Below, piece after piece: positions 23,726-35,702 of a stretch of 64,000 nt of DNA. The first letter of the stretch is position 1; each line of letters starts with the position of its first letter. The position numbers and the translations under genes are program-made. This stretch comes from Macrostomum lignano (lineage: Eukaryota): contig NIVC01002033.1 in assembly GCA_002269645.1 (NCBI GenBank), positions 124,001 to 188,000 of the forward strand. Reading direction: 5' to 3'. The notes below the pieces were generated by a model. That model ran no database searches. It saw only the letters and a list, made by a program, of their open reading frames with translations, and was not told where the DNA came from.

Positions 23726-25286
23726 CAGGTTTGGCACTATACTCCCCTACAATCATACGTTTATTTAGCCAAATTCTTGATAAAGTTTTGAAACGGATAA
23801 CTTCGTGTTTATTTGATATTTTGCTACACATGCAGCTCTCTAGTGCTTGCGTATCCATGGTTATGTTTATACAATTGCAACTCTGTACGCTGTCAGTTCC
23901 AGTGTACAAATGTGAAAATGTACATCTACGTGTGCGCATTTGTCTGGGAGCCGGGCGAATCTAGATTGAGCTAATTGCAAACAATTGGAGGCTAGGAAAT
24001 GGTCGTGCGTATTTCAAGGTCGACTGTATCGTCATTGGTCACACCCACTTTGCACAATCTCATATGCCCTCTGTCTGTTGCCCGCCCTGTGGCCCTTGTT
24101 GTTCTGTCTAGATTAGTTTAGGAAAAGGGAGACAATAATTTCGTCAGCTTTAGTTTTAAGGGGGTGGGGTCTCATTGGATGGCGTAAACAGGTAAGAGTG
24201 CACTTGGTTTGCTAGAATCTTTCCAGAAAAATTTTGGACTTCGCCCTATTGAACTGTTTTCGGGTGCAATTCTTTGCCCTGAGGGGCCATCGCGGGGAAG
24301 AGGGTGGTTCAAGAATAAATGCAACCACACATTTTGTCGCTTCATTTGGGTAAAAAATAGGGTCAGACAAGGTCAGGACTGGGTGTTGGGGATCATTGGA
24401 ATAAATTATAATATTTTAATGGTAGGTAACAGTTCTATAGTTCTTGTACCGCTTCGTGAATTCTTAACATAGGCTATGTGTATGAATTGATGGATTTTTT
24501 CCCATGGTCACGCGCACCGGCTGCAAGTATAAAAAGCGTGGGCGTTAGCAACTATGCTTGAAGGCTGTGTGGTATATTCCTTTGATTATACGTTGCCTAG
24601 GGGAGGGAGGCTTCTCGACCAAGGCCTAACAGTAGCAATCAGCTGGAGTTTGAGTAGTGGGGGGGGGGAGTTGTGCCTTATGAGAACTTGTCGTCAGTGT
24701 AGGGTTAGGAAAATTCCACGTTGGAAATTTCCATGCCGGTCGTTTTCTCCCCCCCAGATGCTGGATAGCCGGATGAGGCCCGAGAAGCAGGAGTTGCGGT
24801 GTACATTGGTTGAGTTCTGTGATCCGTCTAGTTGAGTTGCTGTACAGAAGTGGGAAGGATTAGAAGGCTTGCTTAGCCTTAGGCCCGTTGTCCAAAATCC
24901 CAGCTGTGGGATCAAGTTCTATTCCCCAAATCCCCATCGACCATCGTCTCTGCCTTGCTTTTCTTGCCCATTTCTCTGTACAATTTGCACAGGCATTTTT
25001 CTTTGAACCACCCCGAGCCAAGGCAACGATAGAGAGAGAGAGAGAGAGAGAGAGTTTCTGGGTGGAGAGGAGGCAAAGAAAGCGCAGCGAGCCAGCCAGA
25101 ACCAGATCGCTCCGGAGGGGGGGCATGCAAGAGAACCGGTTTTGAACGAAAGGGACTGACGAAAAAAGGTCGGCCTATTCGACCTTGAGAATTTCTAGAG
25201 GGGGAGAGAGGAGGGCCAGGGTGGGTGAAGCGCTGGAATTCCGGGGCAGGAGGGGGGTGGGGCTGGCCGGCCGCCGGCAACCCCCC

Positions 25287-25292
25287 TATAAA
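25287..25292 (+). promoter_or_regulatory. Candidate TATA box of the UCP-like gene
   Basis: TATAAA in a GC-rich context ~210 nt upstream of the ATG. Confidence 0.5.
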
Positions 25293-25499
25293 TGCAAGCC
25301 CGATTCCGCGCCACAAAGCCCCTCTCAACAAACAGCTGAGCCTCCTGACTCGGAACCAGTTTGTGCAATTAAGCCGGCTAGAACTTCGAATGTTGACAAG
25401 ATTATCGCGGCTTCAAGCCAACAACGAAACCAACAAGAAGTCATTACCGCCGGATTTAATAGGTTCCTCTTCTAGTCAGTCCAGTTCCTCTCTACTAAA

Positions 25500-26483
25500 A
25501 TGTCTTCGTCAACGTCGTCAAGTAGCAGCGTCGGTAGCGGCGTCTCCAGCCCGGTCGGCAAGCTGCTCCTAGCTGGTACGTGCGCCTGCGTCGCCGACGC
25601 CCTGACTTTTCCCATGGACACCGTGAAGGTGCGCATGCAGATGGCACCAGCCGGCAGCGGCTTCCTCGCCACCCTGCGTCACGTGGCCGTCAGCGAGGGC
25701 CCCGCCGGCCTGTACGGCGGCCTGGGCGCCGGACTGCAACGTCAGTTCGCCTTCGCCTCGATTCGAATCGGATTCTACGAGCCGGTGAAACAAGCCTACA
25801 TGGGCCAGCTGGGTATGCGGCATCAGGACGCCTCCACCACGGCCCTGATGGGCGTCCGACTTCTGGCCGGCCTCACCACGGGCGCCTTGGCCGTCTGCTG
25901 CGCCCAGCCAACCGACGTCGTCAAGGTGCGCATGCAAGGCTCGGCCGGCCGCTACCCCGGCTGCGCCGCCGCCTATTCAACAATCTGGCGATCTGAGGGC
26001 CTCGCGGGCCTGTGGAAAGGCACCGGGCCCAGCGTCGCTCGCAACGCCATCGTCAACTGCGCGGAGGTCGTGTCCTACGACACCATCAAGACCTACATGG
26101 TGGCCCGCCTGGGCATGCCGAACGCTGTCGGCACGCACTTCCTGGCCGGCCTGTGCAGCGGCTTCATCGCCACCCTGGTCGCCTCCCCGGTGGACGTGGT
26201 GAAGACCCGCCTGATGAGCGCCAGGCCGGAGGAGCGCGCCGGAGTCGTCAGCGTCACGCGCGGCCTCTACCAGCAGAGCGGCCTGCGCGGCTTCTACAAA
26301 GGCTTCGGGCCGAGCTTCGCCCGCATCGCCGGCTGGAACATCCTCATGTTCGTGCTGTACGAGAAGGCCAAATCCGCGCTAGAAGTCGCCCCGGCGCTGC
26401 CGTCGCCTCATCTGGTGGCGGTTGCGGCTGTCGCGGCTTCCACGGGTGCCCCGGCTGTGCAGCCCAAGAAGCTGCAGCTTTGA
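25500..26483 (+). CDS. UCP2: Mitochondrial uncoupling protein, UCP1/2/3-type (SLC25 family), intronless, 327 aa
   Basis: Three carrier signatures FPMDTVKVRMQ, QPTDVVKVRMQ and SPVDVVKTRLM. UCP1-3-like segments GLQRQFAFASIRIGFYEPVK, PSVARNAIVNCAEVVSYDTIK and GFYKGFGPSFARIAGWNILMFVLYEK. The symbol means 'UCP2-like', not proven orthology. Confidence 0.85.
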   Translation: MSSSTSSSSSVGSGVSSPVGKLLLAGTCACVADALTFPMDTVKVRMQMAPAGSGFLATLRHVAVSEGPAGLYGGLGAGLQRQFAFASIRIGFYEPVKQAYMGQLGMRHQDASTTALMGVRLLAGLTTGALAVCCAQPTDVVKVRMQGSAGRYPGCAAAYSTIWRSEGLAGLWKGTGPSVARNAIVNCAEVVSYDTIKTYMVARLGMPNAVGTHFLAGLCSGFIATLVASPVDVVKTRLMSARPEERAGVVSVTRGLYQQSGLRGFYKGFGPSFARIAGWNILMFVLYEKAKSALEVAPALPSPHLVAVAAVAASTGAPAVQPKKLQL

Positions 26484-27139
26484 ATACTGGAATCCTGGAA
26501 GCCCCCCCACCCCCTTCCAATGAAAATGTTGTCAACCTGACTCTGAAGATCTCTGACAGCTGTTTTATATTTATGCATGATGATTGATTGGTTTTGCTTC
26601 TATGCTGCTTTAATCCACAAGTTCGGCAACTGTAATCGGTGGATGTGTTTTGTTTCTTGCCTGACCTTGGGGCGGCAGTCCTACTAGTCTGCAGGTTAAC
26701 TGATGCTTAGGAGCTTAGAAACATAAGCAAATTGAAATGTAATTATTCCTTTGTTATATTTGAGATGCTTTTAACTCGACAAGAAATCCTTTGCAATGCA
26801 TAAATAGTCTGATGTATAATGTATGTGTAAATGTATTCAGATTGCTCTACCAATTGTTTAATGTTGTCATCAATTCACTACAGATATACTAATTGAAAGA
26901 CTGTCTTCAATTATAATATGTGTGAAAATGCAAATATAATCATTGCAAATCCGACTATGTTTAAAACTTTCAAATGCAACTCGTTTCTTCATCATTTTAC
27001 CAACAAAAAGGCTTCGATCAACCAAGTCTACCAAAAACGTATGGAATTAGCGATTTTTTCAGCTAGCTACTTACAGTACTACTTTTTGTGAATATTTGCT
27101 GTTTAAATTAACTATTTTTTTCTACATTCATATCTGGCG

Positions 27140-27580
27140 TAGTTGGAGCCCCCTTCTGTAGCTGGCGCCATCCTTTCTAGTTGGCGCCATCCTCTGTAGC
27201 TGGCGCCATCATCTGTAGCTGGCGCCATCCTCTGTAGCTGGCGCCATCCTTTCTAGTTGGCGCCATCCTCTGTAGCTGGCGCCATCCTCTGTAGCTGGCG
27301 TCATCCTCTGTAGCTGGTGCCATCATCTGTAGCTGGTGCCATCCTTTCTAGTTGGCGCCATCCTTTCTAGTTGGCGCCATCCTCTGTAGCTGGCGCCATC
27401 CTCTGTAGCTGGTGCCATCCTTTCTAGTTGGCGCCATCCTCTGTAGCTGGCGCCATCCTCTGTAGCTGCTGGGGCCCCCTCTTTAGCTGCTGGCGCCCCC
27501 TCTGTAGCTGCTAGCACCGCCTCTGTAGCTGGCGCCCCCTCTGTAGCTGGCGCCATCCTCTGTAGCTGGCGCCCCTCAAT
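27140..27580. repeat. Minisatellite, 19-bp unit CTGTAGCTGGCGCCATCCT
   Basis: Tandem repetition. Confidence 0.9.
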
Positions 27581-27684
27581 AAGTATTCAGAGTTTGCAAG
27601 AAAATCTACGGCCAAAACTCCGGCTGGAGATAGTTTCTCTTTCTGGGCAAGCTTCGGGGACACAAATAATAATAATAACTGATT

Positions 27685-27945
27685 GCACCTGACCAATTTG
27701 GGCCAGATGTGCAACCGACAGCTCAGCCGCAGCTATTGCGCGGAGCATCTGAAGGCTGCGTACGGCTGTTCAGTCCAAGGACTGGGGGTCGCCATACACA
27801 CCCTCAATTACTTACAGCTGGGTGAACTGAAGCAATGCAGAGTTAAGTGTCTTGCTCAAGGACACGAATTGTTTCAGTGTCCTTTTACACCGCAATGTAC
27901 ACCGTCGGAAATCCAAATTCAATTCGTAAGCCCGACGCTCTAATC
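27685..27945 (+). repeat. Probable SINE/LINE 3'-tail remnant
   Basis: TACAGCTGGGTGAACTGAAGCAA...GTTAAGTGTCTTGCTCAAGGACAC...CCCGACGCTCTAA resembles, from memory, a widespread metazoan retroposon tail motif. Confidence 0.4.
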
Positions 27946-28299
27946 CCTAGGCTGCAACCCGTGAAGGAATTTCCAATATTACTCGTAGATTTTAAAATAC
28001 CCTTCTGAATGAGTTTTGGAGGGCAAATTGAGAGGTGCTTGATTGATGCTTTCACTGGGAAAAATTTGTACTTTAAAATTAAATCCAATCAATATTTTCA
28101 ATTGGCATTCTTTTGTATTGGATATTGCTTATGTTGTCAATGCCAATCATTGAAGTGTCAGTCATTTTCAGCAAACATTATTTGCTATTGAACCAGCTCA
28201 ACTTGTCGGATTTGCATTTCTCATAAGTCTTCTATTTCAGTCCTGTCATATATTGGAATTGGAATTTTGTCTGACACAGAGAACACAATTACAGACAGG

Positions 28300-28316
28300 C
28301 AGACAGGCAGGCAGGC

Positions 28317-28383
<67 letters not shown>

Positions 28384-28448
28384 GAGACATAGAGACAGAC
28401 AGACAGACAGACAGACTGACAGAGAGACATAGAGACAGACAGACAGAC

Positions 28449-28517
<69 letters not shown>

Positions 28518-28518
28518 T

Positions 28519-28593
<75 letters not shown>

Positions 28594-28594
28594 T

Positions 28595-28681
<87 letters not shown>

Positions 28682-28744
28682 AACAGACAGACACTAAGAC
28701 ACTAAGACAGACGGACAGGCAGACAGACAAACAGACAGACACTA

Positions 28745-28781
<37 letters not shown>

Positions 28782-28784
28782 CTA

Positions 28785-28817
<33 letters not shown>

Positions 28818-28825
28818 GGCAGGCA
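28300..28825. repeat. (AGAC)n microsatellite
   Basis: Direct; abuts the stop-codon position of paralog 1. Confidence 0.97.
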
Positions 28826-29471
28826 GCTCAGCACAGCCCCGGCACCAGCTGCAGCACCACCCGGCCCTGCTGGCTGCCGCTGTTGCCGCCGGTGACGCCG
28901 CTGCAGTCGAGGCCGTCGCAGGCGGAGCCGCCGCCCCTCCGGCGTGATTCAGGCCGAGACCCGCGCCGCCTCCGCTGAAGCCGCCGCCCGCGCCAGCGGC
29001 GCCTCGACGGCCACCGCCGCTGCCGCCGGCGCCGCCGCCTCCTCCAAAGCCGCCGACGCCGGTGTTGCCGGAGCCGGCAAGGCCGCCAGTCCAGCCTTCG
29101 GCGGGACCGCCGCCGCCGTCTCCATCATCAGTGCTCAGTCTCTGATTTATTGGCCCGCCCAGCCAGCCGGCGCCGCAGCCTCCGTGGTGGCTGTTTCTTG
29201 GGGTCCTGCTGGGGTCGTTGAAGCCCGGGCCTCCGTTGGTGCCACCAAAGCCGGCGTTATCACTATAAGAAGTTGAGTCGCTTCCGTTGGAGCCTGACTG
29301 ACCGGAAATGCCTGGTCGATGAAAACATTGGCAAGGAAAACCCGTAGAAGCGTCTCGAACTAATTATAAATGCCCGGCGGGAAATTCGAGGGCCGTGTGA
29401 GCTTTCTGTGTGAGCGTGTGTAGGAGCTTATATGTAATATGTGTTTGGGAATAAGGGAATGCACAGATGGT

Positions 29472-30987
29472 CCCGACGAAGTTCCCAACGAGGTGCTCAG
29501 ACTGCCCAAGGTCGCCCAGGAGATCGCCAGGGTGATCAACAACGTTCTCGATACTGGCGTCGCACCTCCGGAGTGGACCCGAGCACATATCGTCGGAATC
29601 CCCAAGAAGCCGGGCACCAACAAGATTGAAGAACATCGGGGCATCTCCCTGATGTCCTGTGCCGCCAAGCTGCACAACAAGCTGCTACTGTCGCGCTTGC
29701 AGCCAGTGCTGGACCCTTACCTGCGGTACGAGCAGAATGGGTTCCGGCCACGACGTGGTACAGTCACGCAAATTCTGGCGCTCCGGAGAATTATCGAGGA
29801 ATCGCGCATTCGCCAGTCGGACCTTTTCTGTCTGTTCATCGACTTCCTGAAGGCTTTCGACTCGGTGGCTCGAGGCGTGATTCCACTAGTTCTCCGAGCC
29901 TACAACGTGCCAGAGAAACTGATTGCAGCAGTGATGGCGCTCTACCACGACACGCACGCTGCTGTGATCACACCTGACGGCCTTTCCGACTTCTTCACCA
30001 CCTCATCCGGAGTCCTGCAAGGAGACACCCTCGCTCCCTTCCTGTTCATCCTCATCTTGGACTGGGTGCTGCGGACAGGACTACCGGACAACTCGGACGG
30101 CTACATCCTATGCAGGCGAACGAGCAGCCGGCACCCGGAGAAGCGGCTGGCAGTCCTCGGATATGCTGATGACCTCGCCCTGCTGGCATCCACTGCTGCT
30201 GGTGCTCAACGCCTCCTCGACGGCCTAGCTGCTGCCGCTGCGAAGGTTGGCCTTAAGATCAACGCCAAGAAGACGGAGGTCCTGACTGTGCCAGCCGATC
30301 TGCCAGCGGTCATCCGCCTTCCCAGCATGGACAGCGCAACGGCAGCACCGCTCCCCCGATGTGAGCAGTTCCGGTACCTTGGTGGTCTCGTGCCCAGCGT
30401 CCAGGAGGACCTGCGGCGTCGCAGAGGGCTTGCGTGGGCGGCTTTCCGCTCAGTGCGCATCGTGCTCCAAAGCGACGCCCTGCCAGACCAGCTGAGAACC
30501 AGACTGTTCCAGGCGGTGGTGGAAACGGTGCTCTTCTACAACGCCGAGACCTGGACCATGACGGATGTGCTGGAGCGCCAGCTGGACGCGGCGCACTCCA
30601 GCCTGCTGCGCGCTGCCTTCAGCGTGCACCGTCACGCCGAACACGTCACCAACCAGGCTCTCTACCAGCGGGCCAAGCTGAGCCCTCCCAGCGTGACCCT
30701 GCGACAGCGCCGCCTAAAGCTGGCGGGCCACGTCATTCGCGCCGAGTCCTACTGCCCGGAGCCGCTGCAGGAGGTCTTGCTGTACACGCAGCAGGGCCCG
30801 TTCCGGCGGGGGCAGGCGCGGACCCGGAGGTTCGTCGACTGTCTGACAGAAGACGCCAGGGCGCCTGATCAGATCAATGGCGCTACCTTCATCAGAGACT
30901 GCGCAGCTAAGCGTGCTTTTTGACAATGTCCCCCCCTTTCCTGACCACTTGTGGCCGGTGGCCATTGTATTTATTGTATTGTATTGT
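29472..30987 (+). mobile_element. 5'-truncated non-LTR retrotransposon (RTE-like LINE), RT ORF intact to stop 30923, antisense inside intron 3 of paralog 1
   Basis: RT motifs EQNGFR, FIDFLKAFDSV, GVLQGDTLAPFLF and YADD. 3' (TTGTA)n tail 30964-30988. 9-bp TSD ACAGATGGT at 29463-29471 and 30988-30996. No endonuclease domain. Confidence 0.9.
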
Positions 30988-31769
30988 ACAGATGGTGGGA
31001 CGATGTCGCCGAAGGCGTTGCACCAGGGTGTCCAAAGCCCACCTGCAAGCTGCAGATGTTACTTTTATTGGTTGGTCACTTTCTCATTCTGCTTCTGACA
31101 CTCGATCCCTGCAGCAGGAATATCTTAAAACTTTATTTCAGTATGTTTAATTATACTTAAGTGGAGTAAGAGCGTTCATGTCACTGGCACAGCAAATTTT
31201 CATAGATCTATCTTACATTTCATAAACAGTTTTAGTATTTTTCCTGAGTTCATTCAGTGCGTCTGGCTGTAGTGTAGAGTAGAGGTCAATAAGTGCCGGC
31301 AAGCGATAATTCAAAGCCGTTTTCTTTGGGTTGTGTCTCGACTAAAGAGCACCTGGAGCTGCTCATGCATTCCACATTGGGAGGCCAGTTCAAAGCAATT
31401 TCACTTGCCATTTCGTCTAAGGGACGCCCCGCCGCCGCCTCCCGCGGCGACCAGAAGGCGACCGTCGGCGCCGCCGACGAACACGAAGCTGCCGCCGCCA
31501 CCGCCTCCGCCGCAGTCGCCGTTGACGGCCGGTCCGCCGGCCTGACCGACCAAAACCGACAGCCGGACGCCGGCAGTCAGGTTGAAGCGGCCCGACATCG
31601 AGGCTCCGCTACCGCCAGCTGTGCCTGCGAAGCTGTTGGAGCCGCCTGCAGCGCCCCGGGCCTCGATTTGGTAGCAGCCGGTCAGCTCGACTGTCAGCTG
31701 CTGGATGGAGCCGTCGCGGCCCGAGCTCGAGTCTGGGAGTCAGTGAGGGTCAGCGGGGTCAGCTGAGTT

Positions 31770-32210
31770 GCTGTGAGAATGAGCTGGCATGAGAATGAGC
31801 TGGCATGAGAGTGAGCTGGTGTGAGAATGAGCTGGCATGAGAATGAGCTGGCATGAGAATGAGCTGGCATGAGAGTGAGCAGGCGTGAGAATGAGCTGGT
31901 ATGAGAATGAGCTGGCATGAGAATGAGCTGGCATGAGAATGGGCTGGCATGAGAATGAGATGGCATGAAAATGAGCTGGCATGAGAATGAGCTGGCATGA
32001 GAATGAGCTGGCATGAGAATGAGCTGGCATAAGAATTAGCTGGCATGAGAATGAGCTGGTATGAGAGTGAGTTGGCATCAGAATGCGCTGGCATAAGAAT
32101 TAGCTGGCATGGGAATGAGCTGGCATGAGAATGAGCTGGCATGAGAATGAGATGGCATGAGAGTGAGCTGGCGTGAGAATGAGCTGGCATCAGAATGAGC
32201 TGGCATGAGA
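31770..32210. repeat. Intronic minisatellite, 16-bp unit GAGAATGAGCTGGCAT (paralog 1)
   Basis: Tandem repetition; homologous array at 36655-36970. Confidence 0.95.
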
Positions 32211-32609
32211 ATGAGAACTTGAAACTGCGCCGGCGGCACGCACTTGAGAACTTGAGAACGAGTTCTCACGCACTTGAGAACTCGTGCGTGATGTTGAGCC
32301 TCCTCGACTCGATGACGCTGTCGATGTCGACCGCCTTCCACACCTCGGCGCCGGCCTCGGATCCCAGCGACCTCCACGCGTGACTGCGCGGCGGTCCGGC
32401 AGTCCGCGAGGCGTCCTCGACGAAGAGCAGCTGGCAGACGCGGCTGGCCTGCAGCAGGCTGACTGCCGCACAGCGCCTCGACCAGCAGCTGAGCAGGCAG
32501 TCTTGGATGGAGGCTGAGCTGGGCTCGCTGATGATGAGGCTGCTGACGGTCGGGTCGAGCAGGACTGGGCCGGAGGAGTTGATGAAGCGGCTGCAGCTGG
32601 CGAGCGCCT

Positions 32610-33095
32610 GCGTGAGGGAGGCTGGGACTGGCGGGCCGGGTTTGGGATAAGCGGCTGCGTGAGGGAGGCTGGGACTGGCGGGGCGGGTATGGGATGAGCG
32701 GCTGCGTGAGGGAGGCTGGGACTGGCGTGGGGGGGGGTTTGGGATGAGCGGCTGCGTGAGGGAGGCTGAGACTGGCGGGGCGGGTTTAGGATGAGCGGCT
32801 GCGTGAGGGAGGCTGGGACTTGCGGGGCGGGTTTGGGATGAGCGGCTGCGTGAGGGAGGCTGGGACTGGCGTGGGGGGGGGTTGGGATGAGCGGCTGCGT
32901 GAGGGAGGCTGGGACTGGCGGGGCAAGTTTGGGATGAGCGGCTGCGTGAGGGAGGCTGGGACTGGCGGGGCGGGTTTGGGATGAGTGGCTGCGTGAGGGA
33001 GGCTGGGACTGGTGGGGCGGGTTTGGGATCAGCGGCTGCGTGAGGGAAGCTGAGACTGGCGTGGGGGGGGGGTTGGGATGAGCGGCTTCGTGAGG
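32610..33095. repeat. 47-bp GC-rich minisatellite overlapping the exon acceptor (paralog 1)
   Basis: Unit GCGTGAGGGAGGCTGGGACTGGCGGGGCGGGTTTGGGATGAGCGGCT. Confidence 0.92.
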
Positions 33096-33950
33096 GAGTC
33101 TGGTACTGACTAATACATAACTTTAAATTTTCATAAATTAGATTCTTCTGATTGACTCAGTCTGCAAGATAAAAATTTCAATGCGAACTATATCATATCA
33201 GTTCAGAGCTCACCAGTCAAGATCCCGCAGGCAATGATTATAATTACTGGTAGGGCTCGCATTCTGCACCTGCTAGTTGCTATTCACAGTTTGAGCTTCT
33301 GCTTAAACTTTTCTGTCAGCAACTGGGAAAAGTTATAGCAGGCATATCGCAATTTCCTAATCGTTCCATCATTGGATGCCGGATTCATTGGACGAAATAT
33401 TTCTGGCAGTTGTTAAATTCAGTCCGGGGTACTTTTTTATAGCAAACAGTCTAAGGAAATGACTGCTGAGACGCAAGGAGGCCTCAGAATTGGAGCCTAC
33501 ATTCACAAATCTGTTCCCATGCTTCGCACATTGTTGCAGTTCTGAATGTGCAGTATTTTCTCTCTTTGGATAAAGCATTTTTCTCAGTTTTGTGTAAATA
33601 AGAAGCGCTCTTTCCAACATGAAACGTATTAATTAGCGCAGCTCCACCGATTTTATGAGGAACACGCGTGTCTTCCCTAACATAGCATCTTCTCCAGCAA
33701 TCAACGAAGACCGGAGGGGTGCTCTATCCTCCAAAGCAGACGATGGAGATTACACTTCAATAACTTCAACTTCAACTTCAATAACTGTTCCTGAATCTTC
33801 TTGGGCTTCTGCTTCTCTTACTCGAGGCTTCGCGACCCTCGGGATTCTTTCTGCTCTCACAAGGTCTATGGTATTGGTATACGGCATTGGTATATTCCCA
33901 CCAGATTTACGGGGCAGAAATGTCACAGAAATCTTCAGTCTTCATTAGTA

Positions 33951-34513
33951 TCGCTTTTGACTATCGAAATGGGAATTTGGACAATCAAAACGGGACGCCA
34001 TAGACATTAAAGCCACGCCACAGACTCGGGCCGCTTGGGAATACACAACCAGAATGTGGAATGAACAATCAAAATGGGAAAAATCCATTCGCCCAATTTA
34101 ATGTATTTTTATATCTCAGGGCCACTGGAATATTTAGAATTGAACAAAGTGTACCGGAAGCAAAACAAAAGTAATTCAGAACTCCTTGAGCGTCTGGAAA
34201 TAATTTTCATCGAGTTTCTCAACCAATTGAAATGGGCTGTAAATTACAGAGGGCTGTAAAATCTCAGTCCGATTCCCGTTTTGAATCGCTTCTTTCCATA
34301 TTGAATTTCCAAAGTTTTAGTCTATGGCCAAGTCTCCCTAAGTAGACTTTGCTCAAGGAGTTCTATAATTAGGAATTAGGATGCTCATTATGGAACTCCT
34401 TGACTTTGCTAAACTGCTTAAGTCCATGACTAGGGTGTGATCTGTGGCCTGGCTTGAATGTCTATGGCGTCCTGTTTTGAATGTCCAAATTTCCATTTGA
34501 TTGTCAAAAGCGA
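33951..34513. mobile_element. Possible MITE/foldback element with ~75-bp inverted repeats
   Basis: 33951-34025 TCGCTTTTGACTATCGAAATGGGAATTTGGACAATCAAAACGGGACGCCATAGACATT... is the near reverse complement of 34441-34513. Confidence 0.5.
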
Positions 34514-35414
34514 CAGCAAATTGGATCATAAACAAAGAGTTTATTTTTAGAACGGCTGAACTTCAAAGTAATCACGGACTTATTAGATGCTGAGATGAAG
34601 ATTTCCATTGAAGCCCAAATTCGGGATTCGACATCATCTAAAAGCCATAGACTAAAACTGCGAAAAATAAAGCTTGGAACTTGGCTAAGTGCTTCTTTTT
34701 GCGGGCATTATGGCGGCTACATCATGCTCGATTCGTGTTATAAAGAAGACGTCTGCAACTCCGTTATCACGTGACCTCATCAGCCAACTATACTTATGAC
34801 TAGAAGTTGAAGCTGCAGTTGTTAACGATCCCGACCAGCTGATGAGGCTGGCCTGTCACGGCTCCTGTTGTGGCTTCTGACAGGATTAACGCGATCAATT
34901 GGTGGAAGAGACAGTTACTCCGAGATCCGCAAGATCTTCAAGCAAATTGTCCAATTCTGGATTCAATGCGTATAGCTGCATCCAACGCCAGGAACCGGTA
35001 ATCCAGTCCATCGGTAACACTAGTCTGAGTTGCCAGCAAAGAAAGATAGAAAGCCCATCTCTTCGCGATGCAAATCTGCTGATATCACCACCAAAGTATG
35101 CAGTTCATGTCGAGCAAAGGCATGGCAATTTGCGTCGGATAAACAACGCAGAGAAATGTTGAAACACGACCCTAAATATACTTCTCTCAACTGACGAGCT
35201 GCAAATGAACCAGAAACTCTACCATAGCCTATGAAAATAATTCCATAGACTTAACAGTTATCCAATTTATATGTGTGCCAAGAGTTTCAGTCGTATTGAC
35301 TGGAGTATCCACACTCAGTTTCAGAATATTGGCTCTATAACTTGAGCGGATTCTCCTGAGAAAAGCGTACCTTCGAGCAACTTCTCAGTTCAATCATACC
35401 AACCTGAGTAAATT

Positions 35415-35702
35415 CTCAGTGTCAGGAGGTGGGCTCATGCTCAGTGTCAGGAGGTGGGCTCATGCCTCATGCTCAGTGTCAGGAGGTGGCATGTCAGTGT
35501 CAGGAGATGGGCTCATGCTCAGTGTCAGGAGGTGGCATGTCAGTGTCAGGAGATGGGCTCATGCTCAGTGTCAGGAGGTGGCATGTCAGTGTCAGGAGAT
35601 GGGCTCATGCTCAGTGTCAGGAGGTGGCATGTCAGTGTCAGGAGGTGGCATGTCAGTGTCAGGAGGTGGCATGTCAGTGTCAGGAGGTGGCATGTCAGTG
35701 TC
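35415..35702. repeat. Minisatellite, 21-bp unit GTCAGTGTCAGGAGGTGGCAT
   Basis: Tandem repetition just 3' of the paralog 2 stop. Confidence 0.9.

Larger units (their letters stand above)
28828..32621 (-). pseudogene. PAN/apple-like + ALK/LTK-type glycine-rich-domain gene, paralog 1 (exons ~32621-32274, 31732-31409, 29311-28828); signal-peptide exon not found; 1-nt frameshift in the last exon
   Basis: Translation SGRDGSIQQLTVELTGCYQIEARGAAGG...FNLTAGVRLSVLVGQAGG...GGGGGGGSFVF...LLVAAGGGGGA...GFGGGG...GGGFSGG resembles the ALK/LTK GRD. C4 run at 28934-28937 versus C5 in paralog 2. Confidence 0.7.

Noticed and set aside
5864-23964. Repetitive ORFs such as (PVPTCLL)n, (YSQSLPV)n, (IAPNSCVR)n, (RSRMEEESSFRSRLRI)n
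   Set aside because: They coincide exactly with minisatellite arrays, have no splice or start context, and are open in several frames or strands.
25500-26483. Horizontal transfer from bacteria for the GC-rich intronless UCP ORF
   Set aside because: SLC25 carriers are eukaryotic, and host exons in the window are similarly GC3-rich.
28221-28742. (SVCL)n and (RQTD)n ORFs (also 42453-43152, 47615-48109, and (IYLS)n at 53343-53915)
   Set aside because: They are tetranucleotide microsatellite translations; only the short exon 53448-53591 within the last ORF is treated as coding.
28944-29276. Ala-rich plus-strand ORFs (also 35429-36205, 35454-36077, 31293-31766)
   Set aside because: They are antisense shadows of the glycine-rich GRD exons on the minus strand.
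34835-34885. Hammerhead ribozyme (CTGATGAG core)
   Set aside because: No downstream GAAA core or closing stems were found.
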